In this document: piece by piece, positions 24,602-36,400 of the stretch
Numbering within the stretch: the first letter of the stretch is position 1
Layout: each line of letters opens with the position of its first letter
DNA from: Raillietiella orientalis
Taxonomy: Eukaryota
Assembly (NCBI GenBank): GCA_036172245.1
Contig: JAYWIR010000011.1
Span: 2,666,001-2,730,000 of the forward strand
Direction of reading: 5' to 3'
Length of the DNA stretch: 64,000 nucleotides
Position numbers and translations under genes: made by a program
Notes under the pieces: model-generated
The model's input: the letters and a program-made list of their open reading frames with translations, nothing else
Databases searched by the model: none
What the model was told of the DNA's origin: nothing

Positions 24602-27493
24602 CTACGACGGCATCAGCTTGGGCCAGGCTATCTTTGCGTCTTGGCGCTTGTAAACAAAAGCGCAGCTCGTGCCACCACCACCCGTTCGCGCCGCGGCCAT
24701 CTCCTTGGGGCGGTCGCCGTCGGCCAGCTGAGTCTCCTGGTCCCCGCACACGAGGAAGAGCGCGTAGTCCTGAGGGTTGGTGATGCGCTGCTTGTGGGCG
24801 ACGAGCCGCGCAAGGTCGCGGCACAGGGAATGGGGTCCCAGGGGAAAGGTGCGCGCCACGATGGCGCCGTGTGCCTCGTCGGCGATGTACACCCTCACGA
24901 AGCCGTCCAGGGTGGACGGGCAGGCGGAAGGGGAGTCTGCCAGGGACTTGAGGGCCTGCACCGCACCAAAGAGCATGGACAGGTAGTAGCCCGACTCCCC
25001 CTCCTTCATGGACCCGGGGAGCAGCGCCCACATGTACTCCGCCTCGACCTCCAACCCCAGCATCCCGACCTGCGACAGCAGGTGCTCGAAGAGGGGCAGG
25101 AAGTCTTCCGCCCCCAGGCTCAGGGCGGGATCCGTGCAGAAGCGGAGCTGAAACGGATGGTGAGGGGGTGATCCGAGGATCGGGGGGGGGGGGACACTCA
25201 CGCAAGTGAATATGGCGGAGACGGCGGACATCAGGCGGTTGAGCTTGTGGATGGGCGACACGTGGCGCTGCATGGCGCGCAGCGCGTGCAGCACGAGGTA
25301 GGCGGCGGCTTTGCACGGGAACACGAAGTCCGGCTGGCGTGAGCCCGGGAAGGGGAGGAGACGTCAGATGCGGAGGGAGGGATGGCCACCTACCCGCACG
25401 CCCAGGGATTCCGGGGAGCGACCCCTCGCCACCTGCATCCCGTTCCTCAGGCGCTGCAGCTCTCCGGAGTCGCCCACGTGATCCAAGAGGAGCTTGTAGA
25501 AGCAGGAGTGGAGGGGGGCGAGCACGAGGGGATAAAGTGCTTCCTCCAGGATAGAGCTCAGGTTGAGGAACTCCCCGGCTTGCAGCTGGAAAGACACGCG
25601 TCGGTTCCCGGTCGGGAGAGAGGGAGAGGGGTGGGGAGCGAACCTTCTGGCGTTCCTCGTCCACGAACTGCCGGAACCTGCCCTCGCCGTGCAGGGTCAG
25701 GTAGTTCTTCATCCCGGACAGGAACTGTCGGGCGTTGCGCATCACCTGAAAGGGCCCACGCCCGGGCACGAGGCGGGTGCACTCGACGAAGCGCCGGATG
25801 GCGTTCGAGAAGGTCGTGTCGGCGTCCCGCGCCAGCTCCCCCACGTGCTGGGCCACCCGCGCGCCCAGCAGGGCGTTCCTCTCGTGCTTGCGCAGCGTCA
25901 GCAGCTGCGGCGACGGGAGGGGGTTGACCCTGCGGCCCCCTCCCTTGCCCGCGCCCCCGCTGCGCAGGTTGTCGTAGTCCTGGAACTGCAGGTCGAACGG
26001 GGGCAGTGGGAGGTCCGGGTAGCGGGACGCGATGAGCTCCTCGACGGGACGGACGTTGCCGCAGTCGTCTTCCTCTAGCGAGGAGGGGCCGCCGCCGTCG
26101 CTGCCCTCACGCTTCCTGACGAACTCCCAGCTGGAGTCCAGGGTCCAGGACGCTTCGCACGACCAGTTCTTGACGAAGGGGAGCAACGCCGGAACGTCGC
26201 CACCGTTGGCGGTGGCGGCGGCAGGGGTGGCGCAGGTTGGAGGCGGCGGCACGGGGTCGTGGCTGCGGCTGAGCTGCCGCAGCCCGGGGGAGTGCACGGA
26301 CTTCCAGCTCGCACGGAGGTGGGGAGTGAGGAGGTTGTCCAGGCTGGAGAAGCCGCAGAGGAAGGGTCCGTTGCGGGCGCGCCTACGAGGCAGGGAGGGG
26401 GAGCCCCCCCAAATGTCCTCGTAGTCGCTCGCCTTGTCGTGGATGCGGCTGCGGTGGGGGAACTCGGGGACCGGGCAGCCGGGCAGCGTGCTCTCCAAAT
26501 AGTGCTGCGAGGGCTCTCTGGAGGAGGCGCTGTCGGCGCTCGCGTCCAGCTGGCAGGAGAGCAGGGTCGAGCGACTCCACCTGGGTGGAGGATCCGGGAC
26601 GGCTCTCGTGGCGTCGTCGTCCACGGACTTGAACGTGCTGAAGGTGGGCTGCTGCTGCTGGGGCCCGGTGTCCAGGGGGCCCGGCACGGGAGAGGAGGCC
26701 GAGTAGTGCTTCCAGAAATCTGAAACCGCACGACCGTCGAGGAACTTTTCTCCCGGCCTCCTCCACCGTCTTCCGCTCCATCTCCCCGGGAGGAGGAGGG
26801 GACGGAAGGAACAGGGAGAGGAAGGGGCTTCCGCGAGACACGTACCTTGTCCCAGGAGCGAAAGGGAGCGCAGCTGGCGGAAGGACGCCTCCATGATCGC
26901 GCCGGGCAGCCGCAGCTTCACCGGCAGCTCGTCGCTGGCGAGAGGAGGGGGCGCTGAACAGCGGGGCGGGGCGCGCGCGCGGGGGCGGGCGGGCATACCA
27001 GTGGGTGCAGTAGTAGGTGATGAGCTCGGCCAAGCAGCGAAAGTAGTGGGTGGAGCGCTCCAGCCGGAAGGGACCGTCGAACCTGCCCTCTATGAGGTAG
27101 TGCTCGATGTACGGCCCGCGGCTCGGGGGCAAGCGCACGGAGAGGGCCAGCGACTCGGGCTTGCGGGAGTGCCGGACCAGGAAGTTCTTCGAAGAGAGAA
27201 AGGGCAGGCTGCAGGAGGCAGGGCGGGGACGGATCGCCCCGCCGCCCCTCGTCACTTACCCCTTCATTCTTCCCCTGGAGCAAGTGGATCGCTCCCGGCC
27301 GGGTGACCTTGGGCAAGAACCAGATGTTCTCCGTGCGGATGAGACGTTCGAGCAGCTGCAGCTCCTCGGCGCGGCCCGACGACGACGACGGCGACGAGGA
27401 GGAGGAGGAGGAGGAGGAGGAGGACGGAGGACGCGGCTCGCTCTCCTCGCTCCTCTCGGAGGAAGCGAAGCTGGAATCTTCTCCGTTGCGCAT
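24602..27493 (-). CDS. spri: RIN-family Ras/Rab5 interactor (Sprint-like): SH2 + VPS9 + Ras-association domains
   Basis: Frame-consistent GT-AG exon chain: 27493-27260, 27186-26999, 26934-26846, 26719-25644, 25585-25394, 25333-25202, 25147-24602 (TAG). Motifs: LLERLIRTENIWFLP...GNFLVR...IEHYLIE...LITYYC..DELPVKLRLP (RIN SH2); QVMRNARQFLSGMKNYL; GAEDFLPLF...EAEYMWALL...GESGYYL (VPS9); ITNPQDYALF...FVYKR (RA). The true N-terminus may include upstream exons. Confidence 0.93.
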
Positions 27494-28189
27494 CTTGTCT
27501 TCGGAGGGAACGCGGGCGAAACCATCAGCTGGGCGCGCCCGAGGGCGGATCCGACATCTCTGTGAAGACCACGATCAGCGAAAACGACAAGGTGGTACCG
27601 CAAGAGACCCTCCCTGCCTGAAGCCGGAGTTGGTTCGACCCACCGTCCCACCTTCCGCGACGACCCCGGGCCTGGTAGGCGCGTCGGCCAGCGCCCACAG
27701 GGAGAGTGTGCCCTGCTCCGTCCGTCCGTCCGTTCGAGCGAGCGAGCGAGCTTCATCCTCCCCCCCCTTCTCCACCATCTTCTCCGCCCACCGAGGTCAT
27801 TCCGTCCTTTCCCCCTTTTCGCCGGCCTTCCTTCTCCCTAATGCTTTCGGGATCGGTCCTGGCAGTGGGATCTCCCTCCCTCCCTCATCTCCTGCCCGTG
27901 ACCCGTGACGAAGTCTACCGTCGCGCCCAGGGAACGGTCGAGTCGAACAAGAGTATCGTGGGGACCGCATGTTTCGTCCGCCACCGCCGCATTTCGCCTG
28001 CACGCGGGAGGCGCCGGTGCGTACGAGGGAAGGGGCAGGGGATTTTCATGGGCTCAGGAGGGGGGAGAGGGGCTGCACGAGTGGACAGCTCGATGCTCGG
28101 TCGAGATGGTTTCGCACGGGTCACACACACGCACGAGAGGATGGGGGGCAGCGGAACGGACGGGTGCCCACCTGCACAGTGCAGCCGCT

Positions 28190-28197
28190 TGACGTCA
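28190..28197. promoter_or_regulatory. Canonical CRE palindrome TGACGTCA about 700 bp upstream of the first recognised Sprint exon (others at 38971 and 49816)
   Basis: Exact motif match only; function not shown. Confidence 0.25.
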
Positions 28198-29279
28198 CTG
28201 CCTCGCGGAAAGCGGGGGGGGGGGGGGGCACTACTGCTTTCAGGAGGTTTCCTCAAGGACGAGGTCAGCGTGGAAAGTCTCGTTTTCTCGGATGCAGCGC
28301 AGAGTACCGCAGAAGTGCTTGGCCAGGCAAAGAGAAAGGAAAGAAAAAAAAGAAACCGCGGCAAATGAGAGATTCTGCTAGTCACGTTGCCAGAAGACCC
28401 CGGTAACTCGAATGCAGCGGGGGAACCGCCGCACAACAGATGGAATCGCAGCAGCTCCAGGGAACTCGGACTTTCGGGGTTCGAGCGAGCACGCAGGGAG
28501 GGAAGGAGGCGACGGGGGCTGTTCCCAAAGGACCGCCGCGTTCACCTGCGCTTCCGACGATGACGAGATCGATATGCGATGGCGAGGAGTTCGAGGCAAA
28601 AAGGGATGAACGTCCTCAAGGGGACGGAGGTCCCTGCAAACTTCCGGGACCCGCGAACGGTCCCATAGAGACGTGTCTGAGGTGAATCTGCTTGCGGACG
28701 CTGAACGGCCGGGCTGTTTAGCCAAACTGCACTGCAAGAGCGGTCCCTGCGACGGCTGCGTCCATCTGCAGCTTCGCATGTCCTCCCCCTCCCGGGGGAA
28801 GAAATTGAAATAAAACCTGGAAGGGACGCGAATTTTTGTCGCTTTCTCGCGAGATCACGTGCTGGAAAAAAGCAGACGAATTTCCTTCCCCGCCACTCAT
28901 CATCCCCTTCGCCGGGCGATCCTTTCGAATGATCTCCCGAGAGCCATCTATAAATTTTTTCGCGAACCGCCGCGACCTGTCTCGTCGTTTGCCCTCGTAC
29001 GCTCTGAGTACCGGGACGCTTCCTCAGGATGCTGATTCCAGAGTTGCATCAACCTCATCATCAACAAGCTGTAAGCTCAGGGGAAAACGCATGCACTTTT
29101 CGTATGTGTGTTTCCTCCTAGTAGCAATGGCGTGCAAAGGACTCCATCTGCCTTCTGGGCTCGCAGTCTTGTGCTCGCAAGGGCGACCCTCGAGCGCGCG
29201 TCCCCGGGCACTGGACCTGCCTGAAAGACGGCACGTTCGCAGCAAGCAAACAAGCAGGGCCGCCTGCAGAAAATCGGAG

Positions 29280-30409
29280 GGTTCCCGAGCGGGACGCCAG
29301 CAGGACGGGGGATCTCCAACGGATTCGACCGTCCCGGCAAAGGTCCGGCCAAGTCATGCCTGTAGCAGGTGGCTCTTCGCCACCAGCCGGAAACTCGAGG
29401 CGGAGAAACGAGTTACACAACACCGTGAAAAGTCTGCTGGCTCCTTTGCTTCCCCAGGAGCAGACGGTGCAAGTGCGGCAATACCCACGAGCTGCCGAAA
29501 GGATCGGGGAGGACTGGCCGTAGGGAAGCGACGTGCCGGGAGCACGAAAGGAGTTCTGGCTTATCGCCTCAGGCGGATGCGCCTCGGAGCGAGCTCTCGC
29601 GAGACGGCTCCAAGCACATGCAGTGCTCCGACCGGGGCTCCAACACCGGGGTTTCACGCTCGATTCGCCCTTCCATGGCTGCGTCGCATCGGTGGAAATC
29701 CTCTGGGGTTCTTCTGCTTTCGCTGCTTTCCTTCCGATTCCTTTCTTTTCTTTTCTTTAGTTCGCAAAGCGCTGAAGAACGAAGGTCTTTCAACACTATC
29801 CGCGCCACCCGAGGGTGACAGTAAACAAGGGTAGGTGTGGGGACGCCGTCAACCCGGAGAAACCACCCTATGAATCCAGGAATCAGGAATGCTCCAGAGG
29901 AAGGAGTGTCCGTTCCTCTCACGTTTGGCAGGGAACCTTCGTCCTGGTTGTCTCCGAAGGGAACCTCTTCCTTGTTCTCTCCGGAGGGACCGCCCGCACG
30001 GGAACGGCTCTTCGCTCCCTCCTCTGAAGAGAACCTCGAAGGGACGCTTTTAAATGTCTCCGGAGGGCGCTCCCCCGAGGGAGCAGCGCGCTTCTTCACA
30101 CTCTGGAGAGGCACCAACCAGCCCCCCGTTGCATGGTATGCGATGGGGGGCTCCATGTTCGCCGCCGGAGGAGGAGATCCTCGAAGGATTCCTAAAAGGA
30201 CTTCGGAGGGTCGCCTTCCCGGCAAGTCAACGGAGGCATCCGGCTGCCATGAGTGCCGCACCCGAATAGGCCAATCGGCGTCACCCTGCGAGAGGGAGGG
30301 GGGACCCGAAACCCACGGCGCACCGCCCGCTCTCGGAGCGTCGACCCTTCCCCGGGCGGGATTCGAACCCGCGACGCTCGGTGCCGCCCGCAAAGACTAC
30401 AGCCGCACG
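29280..30409 (-). mobile_element. Composite tRNA-headed retro-repeat, copy 2 (inverted relative to copy 1)
   Basis: 29821-30409 is the reverse complement of 22299-22887 with one visible mismatch; the ORF track gives matching translations in several frames. It continues into a diverged A-rich linker and a tail encoding SFRQLVGIAAL...SHLLQA, similar to the zf-RVT tail of copy 5. Confidence 0.85.
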
Positions 30410-33400
30410 TGAGGGCTGCTCCCGATCCTTGAGATACCGGTAGCTGCCACTGAATCTTCTGCGAATTTGAATTGAGCGAAAGCACGAGAAAATCACGATC
30501 CACACGCCAATCAGCGAAGCAGCTCCCAAGAGCTCTGGTGTGCCCGTCCTCTAACCAGCACGCCCATCACAAACGCCAATCGATAGAGGAGTAGCCGCCA
30601 AAGAGACGCGGCGCGTGTCCTCATGCTCAACAACTCCATGATTGCTGAGGACTCCCGCACTGAGCCTACTCCTTCCGGATGGCGATCAGGAACCAGGACT
30701 GCGACCTCCCTCTGCATTGAGGAATCCCAAGTTCGAGTCATCGGTTGGGCACATCGATGGCTTCCCTCGATAACTATTCACGGTAACCTGCTGAGAATCT
30801 CCATCAGGGGAGATTGCACGAGCAGTCTCATCTGATGGAGAGGCTATCGGTGGCGTTGTTTCGGTAGGAAACGAGGTTGGCTCTTCCTCGATCCTCGAGG
30901 GAAAGAGGCCGCGGTCCCAGAGTCAAGGGTAGAAGGACAACCCCACAACACCCTGAGAAATACATGCGCGTCGGTCATCTTGGGACGCACTGCGTTCTGG
31001 GATCACGTAAAGTTTTGTTTCAGCAGTGGGGAGCTCCTGAGAGCCCAGTTGCTGCTCCCTCTTTGTCCTGCAACGGACGGAAGAGCTGCGGCCCCAAGCT
31101 GCGCCCCCCGCTTTCCCTCCGGGACAACGAAGAGACGCAGCAGTATCAGTCAATTGGGAGCACTCACAGTTCGCACGGCTGGAGACGAGCCACTCGGCGC
31201 TCGGTGGTGTGGTGGATGGGAAGTGGCACCGTTTCGCGTTGGACTCCGCCGGCCACCAGTCGGCAGTATTCGGATCGTCCGGTCCAGCCGCCCGATGGGG
31301 GAGAGTCGACGAATGGCAAGGCGGGGATGCGCGCGCGCGAGCTGACCCAACGTCGCCGCCCACGCCAGAAGCAAGGTTCTCGAAGCCGCGCGACGCCGAA
31401 GGCAGTTGGAATGGGAGGACTTCAGCGAACTTCACCGGCAGTCCAGCCAGCGGAGGGCGATCCTCTCTGTCTGTAGAGAGCGGCGCGGACTGCCGCAAGC
31501 GGAGCCGGGTTAACCAACGCCTACCGAACGAAGCGGAAAGGACTCCCTCACGCGATATGCCCCCAGTGGCCTGTTCTGCGGCCGAGTCTTGCTCGACTTC
31601 TTCCCCCTCGTCACACTGAGGGATGCGAGCGGTAAGGCAAGCCCGACGAACTCGGTAAGATGGATCGCCGAAAATTCCAAACCTTTGAGCAAGAAGAGAG
31701 TGGATGGTGACAACCCTTGCCTGCTTCCGACAGCGCCTCCTCGATACCCTTCCCTTCCTCTCCCCAAAGTCAGAGAAAGCCGTCTCCCTCACGGCTCCCA
31801 TCCTGCAAACGTCTTCGACCGCGCTGTTCGTCTGAGACTCCGGCTAGTGGGTCCTTACTACGGGCCGGAGGGGGGCTCGCGTGCGGGCGGACGTTTCTAT
31901 CTTCCCCCGCACCGTGGAGCCACTGTTGCAACGCCCCCCTTCCTGCTCCTGGATCGCCCACGCGCGAAACCGCCTTCGCGCGGAGAGCGTGGCCGGCTCT
32001 ACGCGCCCTGAGGCCGCTCGTTCCGCACGCCAGCGCCCCCTCTCGCTGCGGGCAGACGCAGCCCACGGTCCGGTGGAGCTCGTCGTCGCAGCAGAAGGAA
32101 ACATCTCGAGAGGTTTCCGACCTCAGGAGGGTGAAAAAAACAGCGACAAGGAGTTCACAGCGCCGGCGGCATCTGCTGCTCCTGAGCGGATGTTCGCTAG
32201 GGAAGGAGGAGGAAGAGGTGGAAGAGGAGGAGGGTGCATGCCTGCTCCCGATAGGATCCTCGGCCGTCCGCAGCGTTCTCACGAGGCTGGGACGGGAGAA
32301 AGGCCAGAAGCGGTATACGAAGATCCTGCCACTCCCTCCTTCCCCGACAGAAAAAAGCGGCGCCCGCTGGCGGCTCCCGTTCGGAAAGTAGGACCCTCTA
32401 AAGTCGTTCCTTTCGGCGCGGCAACTACCCGATCAGCGGGGAAGAGACGGCGAGAACGAGATGCTTACGGGGCATGAAGAGGCGGACGCGACGCCCCCGC
32501 ACCGTCCGTCGTTTCGTCCGCGGCCTTCCATGTCCCAGGAGAGCGAATTCCTTCCTTCCTCTCCTCCTCCCCCCTCTATTTCGGGGCCACCCTTCGCCTG
32601 CTCGCTTCCGCCTCCAGGTCTGCGGCTCCAGCATGCGTTTCGGGAGAGAGTTTTCTCTACTCGTCCTCCGGCGGGGCGACTCCGGCTAGGGGCCCGATGT
32701 CCCCAAGCCAGCCGCCCCGTCAGTCCCTCCCTGCCGTCCAGATGGAGGAGCAGGCAACAGCCACGCAGCCTGCGGGACGGCACGGAGCCCGGGATGCCTG
32801 TGTCTCCAGGGCGACGCGAGATCGAAGGATTCCCTGCCTTGGGACCGAGACGCAGGGATGACAAGCTGCTGCCAGTGGACTCTCGAGTGGACGGCCAGGT
32901 GGGAAACCCATCGGATCGCCAGGAACGGAAGGAGAGATGAAGAGGACGTCTGCAGAAACGACATGCAGGATTTGTGGCGCAGAACCAGAAACCCGCAGAG
33001 ACAACTGAGAGGGAGGGACGGGGACGGAGGACTTCCGGGAACGGGTTCGAGAGAGCGCCGGTCCCGCCAAGTGAAAGAGCCGAGAAAATGAAAAAACGGG
33101 GAGAAGCCGAACTCGCTCCCCCCCCCCTCCCATTTCACCTCTCTCTTTTCGTTCTTCCTCCGATCCCCTTGGACGTCTCCGCTCCGACGTGAATGGGGAG
33201 AGGGATCCACGGAAGAATGGCAGAAATGCGCACCACGGGAATGCAACGATTCGCGTCTCGCCTTCCTGATCATCAACCAGGAGAGGAAAACGGGGGAAAA
33301 AACGAGGCAGCCGTGGAGACGTTGCTGTTGCCGGACCGAAGCAAAGCATGCAAGGAAGCTGTTGCTTCCGATCTGAGTGTCAACGCCGTCTCCCATTACT

Positions 33401-36400
33401 ACCTACCTATCCCAATCCCTTTACGATGTGCCTACAGCCATCGGAAGGAGAGAGAGAAAAAAAAAAAACATCTATGAGACTCATAACCACACGCGCGCTC
33501 GGTGAGCCTCCGGGGACCGAAATTTGCGGCCACGGCGGCGGGTGCCACCACCAAAATTCCAATGGCGGGCGCCCGCCCGCATTGGTTCCTCCTTCCCGAG
33601 GCCTCCCACGCGCGTTTCTACTGCCATTCCCCCAGCCGAAGCGTTCCCTCCTGTTAACTAATGGCGGCCGCGAGTTCTGGTGGGAGGACCGAGCAGCAGC
33701 TCTTCCGCAAGGATGTGTGTGTGGGGGGGAGGCGGGGAGGGCGGGCGGAGACCACCCGTCCATCCCAGCAGATACGAGGAACCTGCGAGATTTCGGGAGC
33801 TTCGGAATGTATGAGACTTCGCGGCGGAGGCTGTTTTCCTACCGCAATGAGTGCAAAGTTCCTTCCACGACTAGCATCAGATGACAAAGACCGGCCGCAA
33901 AGGCAGTATAGATCACGATGCTGTACACAGATGGCAGTGTGCCCATGCTGTCCGCGTAGCGCTGCCACCATCATGCTTTCCAGTGACAAGTGCGCTGGAT
34001 ATAGGGTATATGAAAATGGGCGAATTCTTTCTCGAACATGAACGCATTCGCAAGTAACCACGCTTGATCGACTTTAGCAAATTTTAGCAAATTCCATCTT
34101 GGGTGAATACGGCAAGCACCATTTTGCGCGGACACTCATTACTCACTTCAGCATATGAAATCCTAAAAGGGGAGCCCGGATAATCAAGAAAACAACCGAA
34201 AAAGAACTTGCAAGTAGTAAGCGAGCTTTCATTTTCCTACTCCCTGAGGTCCTTGTATTTTAAGAAAGGAATAGAACAAACACCTAAAGCTAATTTTAAC
34301 CCATAATGTTCGAAAAACAATTGTGACTGCACTATTTTCATTTCTGATGAAAAAAGGCGAGAAAGCAGAAAGAAAAACACATGACTTTAAGAGGCAGCAA
34401 GGTTTTGTGGTTTTTCATTTCCCTTGGAAATGTAGGTAATCTTACAGTGAGATGAGAAAAATGCGATCAAATAAGCAAGCAAGGCACAGTTCCATACAGA
34501 TCTACAAAGAGCAATTTTGATGCAGCTCAGGGTTCTTTTTGGAAGGAGAATATGAAGCTACTTTGAATAGGAGCTTCTTTTTGCTCCCGGCATGTGTTGC
34601 TAAGCGAATTTCATTTTTCCCATGCAAGATAATGCATCAGACACTTGATCACAACTCAAAGTACTATGAGAACACAAACACAAAGTTTATCACGTCCCAG
34701 AATAGGGTTGTTAAATTTTCGAATCGAACACTATCTTATCGGTGTAGTTTGTTGGTACGCCACTTGAAGCTTGGAGTAATTTTCTCAACTTTCCCAAGAT
34801 GGGATTCAATTACAGACGAGACCGTGGCAACCGTGGGATGGAAGCGCTTTTCGCGAGGCGTCACGGAAACCCAACAATGAACTCGTCAGCGGAAGTGCTT
34901 TCCATGCTGCGGCTGTCACTATTGCCAATTCTGCTAAAGCGTCATTTGATTTTTTGACAGTTTCATTACAACATAACACTTGTGATTACGGAACTGTTTT
35001 CAAAGAAACGAAACCAATCAATCCACGGAATGAGCAAGCAAATGTCATTTTTTCACAGTGGGTTTGCTCTTAAGAGAGCGGGTTTCAGTTTAGTGCTTTT
35101 CATTTTATCATCAAAAGGAACAAGCAATACACAAAGTCAATCCCCTTAATAACAAAAAATGATTGGAATGCCCAGAGCTGGATACAAATACGATCGATGA
35201 TACAGCAGAAAAAATAAATAAAACATTTCCCTAGATACAGTGTGCTAGTGAACACTGACGGAGGGAAGTTTTCATCGAAACAGATTACGGATGGAAGAGT
35301 GCAGGAGTCAGAGAGATCGCTAATGCTTTAACTTTTGGATACCGGGAGTCATGCTAGAGACTGTAGCATTACGAGCTTAGGATTCTCGAATGTAACTTCA
35401 TATGCGCTTCCTAGAACTTGCGTGATAACCCTAACCGATGCCATGCATCGTACAAATTTCCATGCATTTTTAATTATTAATGAACCCATTGGTACACCCT
35501 TGCAGCTGATGTTGGAGGTTTCTGGACTGGTCAAATTTCTTATGCGTAGGGTGAGAGATGGTGGTCAGAAAGATCAAGACAGCTTCCACTTCCACTTCCT
35601 TATTCCTCTTATTCATGGGCGTGGAACATCGCATGATCATCGGCCACATCCGCATCCTATCCGATCAGCCGTGATCAGTCAAACTTGAAGCAAAGACACG
35701 CCAACGACCGAATTAAACGAATTCGTTTGACTCCTTACAAGAAAAACACAAAAAAAAACACGAAAGCCCATTCTGCAAGAGCGCCTTCTTGTAGCCGTAT
35801 AGTGGTCGTCTAGCTTGAGAATCATTTATTCATGAGACCTCATCACAAGATTTGAGGGATGATCGAGCGTTTCCAATTTGGAAATCATAGAATCTAAAAC
35901 ACCGTAAAATTCGAAATGGAAGAGCTGAAAATGCCGTAAAATACCCAAAGGAGGAATAAAATTCCAATACCACGTCTACTGCATACGAAGGCAAATTGGA
36001 ATGGGGCAAAATAAAAACACACACACACATACACAAGGAGTACTCCAAAATTTTCCAACTGCGAAACTTTAAAAGAATGGTTAGGAACGATTAAAATTAA
36101 TCAGAGGAAATGGCGCTCAGTGAAAATCGGACACAACATGGAGAGGAATTGGGCGATAAATGAGCTCAGGATGTGATTTCAACTTTTTCACCTTTTATTA
36201 CGTTGTTACATTATTTGTGAGTTTCCTTACTTATTAGACTCTTCGCTCTTCTCACTTCCAAATCATTCTTTCTATGCGCCAGATGAGCTTAGCAGATAAT
36301 AAATTCATTTCTGCAATCGCAGTTGGTACACACACACACACGCAAAAAAAAAAAAAAAAAAAAGGGCAAAAGCGATTTTTACTTATACATAATTGCTTCA

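Noticed and set aside
23970..26996. 1008-aa ORF as a novel protein
   Set aside because: It is Sprint exons 3-4 read through introns and then out of frame. The spliced model explains all conserved motifs.
30017..30067. Hammerhead-ribozyme-like fold (CTGAAGA-GAACCTC-GAAG... with plausible stems) on the antisense strand of the repeat; also CTGATGA...GAAA at ~63054-63084
   Set aside because: The core has GAAG instead of GAAA with no proper A15.1-U16.1 pair, and neither motif is conserved across all copies. The internal palindromic subrepeats explain the pairing.
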